Part shown: positions 61,301 to 64,000 of the stretch, piece after piece
Position numbering within the stretch: the first letter of the stretch is position 1
Layout: each line of letters opens with the position of its first letter
Assembly (NCBI RefSeq): GCF_018977255.1
Contig: NW_024704743.1
Location: 42,224,001-42,288,000, forward strand
DNA: 64,000 nt
Direction of reading: 5' to 3'
Source: Callorhinchus milii
Lineage: Eukaryota
Translations under genes and position numbers: made by a program
The notes under the pieces: generated by a model
The model's input: only the letters and a program-made list of their open reading frames with translations
Database searches by the model: none
Told to the model about the DNA's origin: nothing

Positions 61301-62430
61301 TGTTCTCTCTGTCCATCCAACCCCCTACCCCCCACACCCACTCCCTCCAGTGTGGCATCGCCTTGTGGTACAGCTGCCACAAAACTGGCAGCTGAGCTGG
61401 TGTGGAGCAGTCGGAGGACATGAAACGGTGTCAGCTGTTGCTCCGCAACTTGGGTTCTGGGTCACCCAACAATTCCTGCTCTCACAGTGAATGTTAAAAT
61501 GGAAGTGGAGAAATATTCACAGTGGGGGAAATTGTATTTGTGGGGTGGGGGGGAGGGGGGGTGTTGCCTCACTTTTGCCTATCTTATCTGCTTTCCTCAT
61601 CTCAGTCCATCCTGAACGGTATAGATTTTGTCACTTTGCCCCTAACCTCTGGAAATCTCTACCTCTATCCCTCCTGAAGACTTTCTGCTTTGTCCATGCC
61701 TTTGGTCGTCTCCCTTATCCTATTGCTCACACGGGGTTACATGTGCAGGTGCTTCCAGACCCTATCCTGTGAGAAGAGCACTATATAAATCCAAGTTGTA
61801 ATTGATTTAGTGCAGGATGCAGAAAGAGATTTCTCCACTTTGTCAGAACTTTTATGCAGAGGTGATTGAAATGTGCAGTCGTCTGCGACAGACTGTGACT
61901 GTAGCAGAATCTGTTCAAAGAGAATTATTTGATTGATGCTTGATAAAGAGAAATATTAAAGGGGTTGTGAGCGAGCACCAGAGGAGATTAGATTAGATTG
62001 ACCCACTTGGAGAAAAACACCAGTGAAGACTTGAAGGACCGAATGGCCTGTTTCTGTGCCAGGTTATGTTGCTATGGACACTATCTCTTCAAATGTCTGG
62101 CTTTTGGGGAAGAAGTATCCCAGAGCTACATTTTGCATCTCGAATCTTTCTTTCTTCAGTTAGTCCGTAAGAAGGCGAAGTCTTGCTACAGCTGTGTTCT
62201 AAAACGTGGTTCAGCTAAACTTTTATACAGCAGTCCTTTGTTGTAACAGCATGTTTTGGATTTGATTATTCTCAGTCAGGAACAATTAGGTTTTCAAATC
62301 TACCGTGAACTATAGTTGTAAGACTAATGAAGAATTAAATTTATTAAACCATCAAAAATGTTGAATGTTTTTCCTCCCTTCCTCCCCAGGTGTCCCTCCA
62401 TTCCTTCCTTCTCTTATATAAGATAGTGAT

Positions 62431-62748
62431 ATAATAATAATAATAATCCTTGCATTTGATATAGCGCTTTTCACGTCGGGAGGACGTCCCAAAGCACTTC
62501 ACAGAATACACTGTAAAGTGAACTGACTGTATATTTGTCGGCGAATGCGGCAGCCAATTGCACACAGCAATTTCCCACAAACAGTCGTAGATTGAAAATG
62601 ACCAATTTATTATTGCTTTTTTTGGTTTTTGGAGGATTATTAGGCGTGTGGAGTAAGGAAACTTGCCCAAGGTTTCGCCCTGTCTGGGATTGAACTCAGG
62701 TCTCTCGCTTGCAAAGCGAGTGCTCTAACCACTGAGCTACAGGACTCC
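62431..62748 (-). mobile_element. Full-length young tRNA/Deu SINE
   Basis: Near identical to the copies at 26105 and 47131. Confidence 0.93.
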
Positions 62749-63164
62749 ACAATTGAATGTATGTTGAATGTACAGGGACAGTAAAAGTAATAATAATCCT
62801 TGCATTTGATATAGTGCCTTATCATTCTTTGAGATGTCTCAATGTGCTTCACAGAATATACTGTGAAGTGTAGTGACTGTCATTGTGTAAGCTGTAGACG
62901 TAGAATCAATTGGGATATTCAATAGGTAGATACAGTAAACAGGTACTTGGGGAGTAGGATTTTATGGAATATAAAGAAAAGGCAGAGAGATGGAATGAAA
63001 AGATTTATTATGATTTAATAAAATGTTGGAAGAGGCTCGAAGGGCCAAAGACCTCCTATAGTTCCCACGTTTCTATCTTCCTGTGTTGTCTCAATGGCCT
63101 GGGAAATGTATTATGTTAACATAATCATTGAATCCAAGGAGGTGGTTGCTACAACAGCAGCAGC

Positions 63165-63900
63165 AACAACAACAATAACAAAATTACATTTGTATAGCGC
63201 CTTTCATGTCGGGAGGAGGCCTGGACCCGAGTGGGGTTCGGGATTGGAGAGGGTGGAGAGCAGGAGGGGAAGCAGCGTGATCAAAAGCACAGTCGAAGAT
63301 AAGGGTCTTGAGATAGGTCTTGAAACAGGCAAGGGAGGGGGCGAGGTGGAGGGACTGCTGGATGGAGTTCTAGAGGGTGGGGGCTGAGTGGCAGAAGGCC
63401 CGCCCACCAATGGTGAGGTGGGCGAGGCAATAGATGTAAAGCAGGTCGGAGCCCACTGAGCAGAGGGAGCGAGCAGGATGGTAGGGAGTTAGGAGATCAC
63501 AGAGGTTGAGGGGGAGCAAGACCACGGAAGGCTTTGAAGGTGAAGACCAGGATCTTGAACTGTATCCTCTGTGTGATGGGAAGCCAGTGGAGTCGGGCGA
63601 GAATGGGGGTGATAGGGTCACGGAGCCTGGTGCGGGAGAGGACACAGGATGCAGAGTTCTGGATGATCTGCAGCCTATGGAGGGAGGAGTTGGGGAGGCC
63701 GACAAGCAAGGAGTTTGCATAGTCAAGCCTCGATGTAATGAATGCGTGTATGAGGGTTTTGGCGGCCTGAAGTGTGAGACAGTGTCGGAGCCGGGTTGAT
63801 GTTGTCGAGGTGAGGGAAGGCAGAACGGGTCATGGCATGGATGTGGGGTAGAAAGTATAGTTGAGGGTCAAACAAGACACCAAAGTGCCAGACTGGCTTA
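63165..63900 (-). mobile_element. L2 LINE 3' fragment
   Basis: LVGLPNSSLHRLQIIQNSASCVLSRTRLRDPITPILARLHWLPITQRIQFKILVFTFK; TIGGRAFCHSAPTL; tail. Confidence 0.93.
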
Positions 63901-64000
63901 AATTGTTCTGTGCTGGTTTAGGTTATTTCAGTTAAAGCAACCCTAGTGGTGCTATGATTCACCTTTGTGCTTCTGGGCTAGAAACAGGAATAACTCAGCT

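Overview
This is eukaryotic, AT-rich, repeat-dense DNA that reads as intronic or intergenic sequence of a cartilaginous fish. The SINE, L2 and CR1 families resemble those of chimaeras and sharks, so Callorhinchus milii or a relative is likely (inference). There is no intact multi-exon gene, RNA gene, CRISPR array or prokaryotic system. Nearly all listed ORFs are spurious or LINE/SINE remnants. The window holds many 5'-truncated CR1 and L2 LINE fragments, RTE-like and Penelope-like remnants, three tiers of tRNA-derived Deu-domain SINEs with L2-type 3' tails, several palindromic MITE-like elements and microsatellites. Non-repeat signals are a ~170-bp decayed HSP70 ATPase-domain fragment (21355-21523) and a candidate 51-nt signal-peptide exon with a consensus donor (10373-10423). 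The most striking patterns are (i) about nine SINE/L2/CR1 insertions landing in the ~35-nt 3' stem-loop of older SINE/L2 tails, mostly antisense, and (ii) several short, locally templated direct or inverted duplications. Repeat boundaries were read by eye and are approximate.
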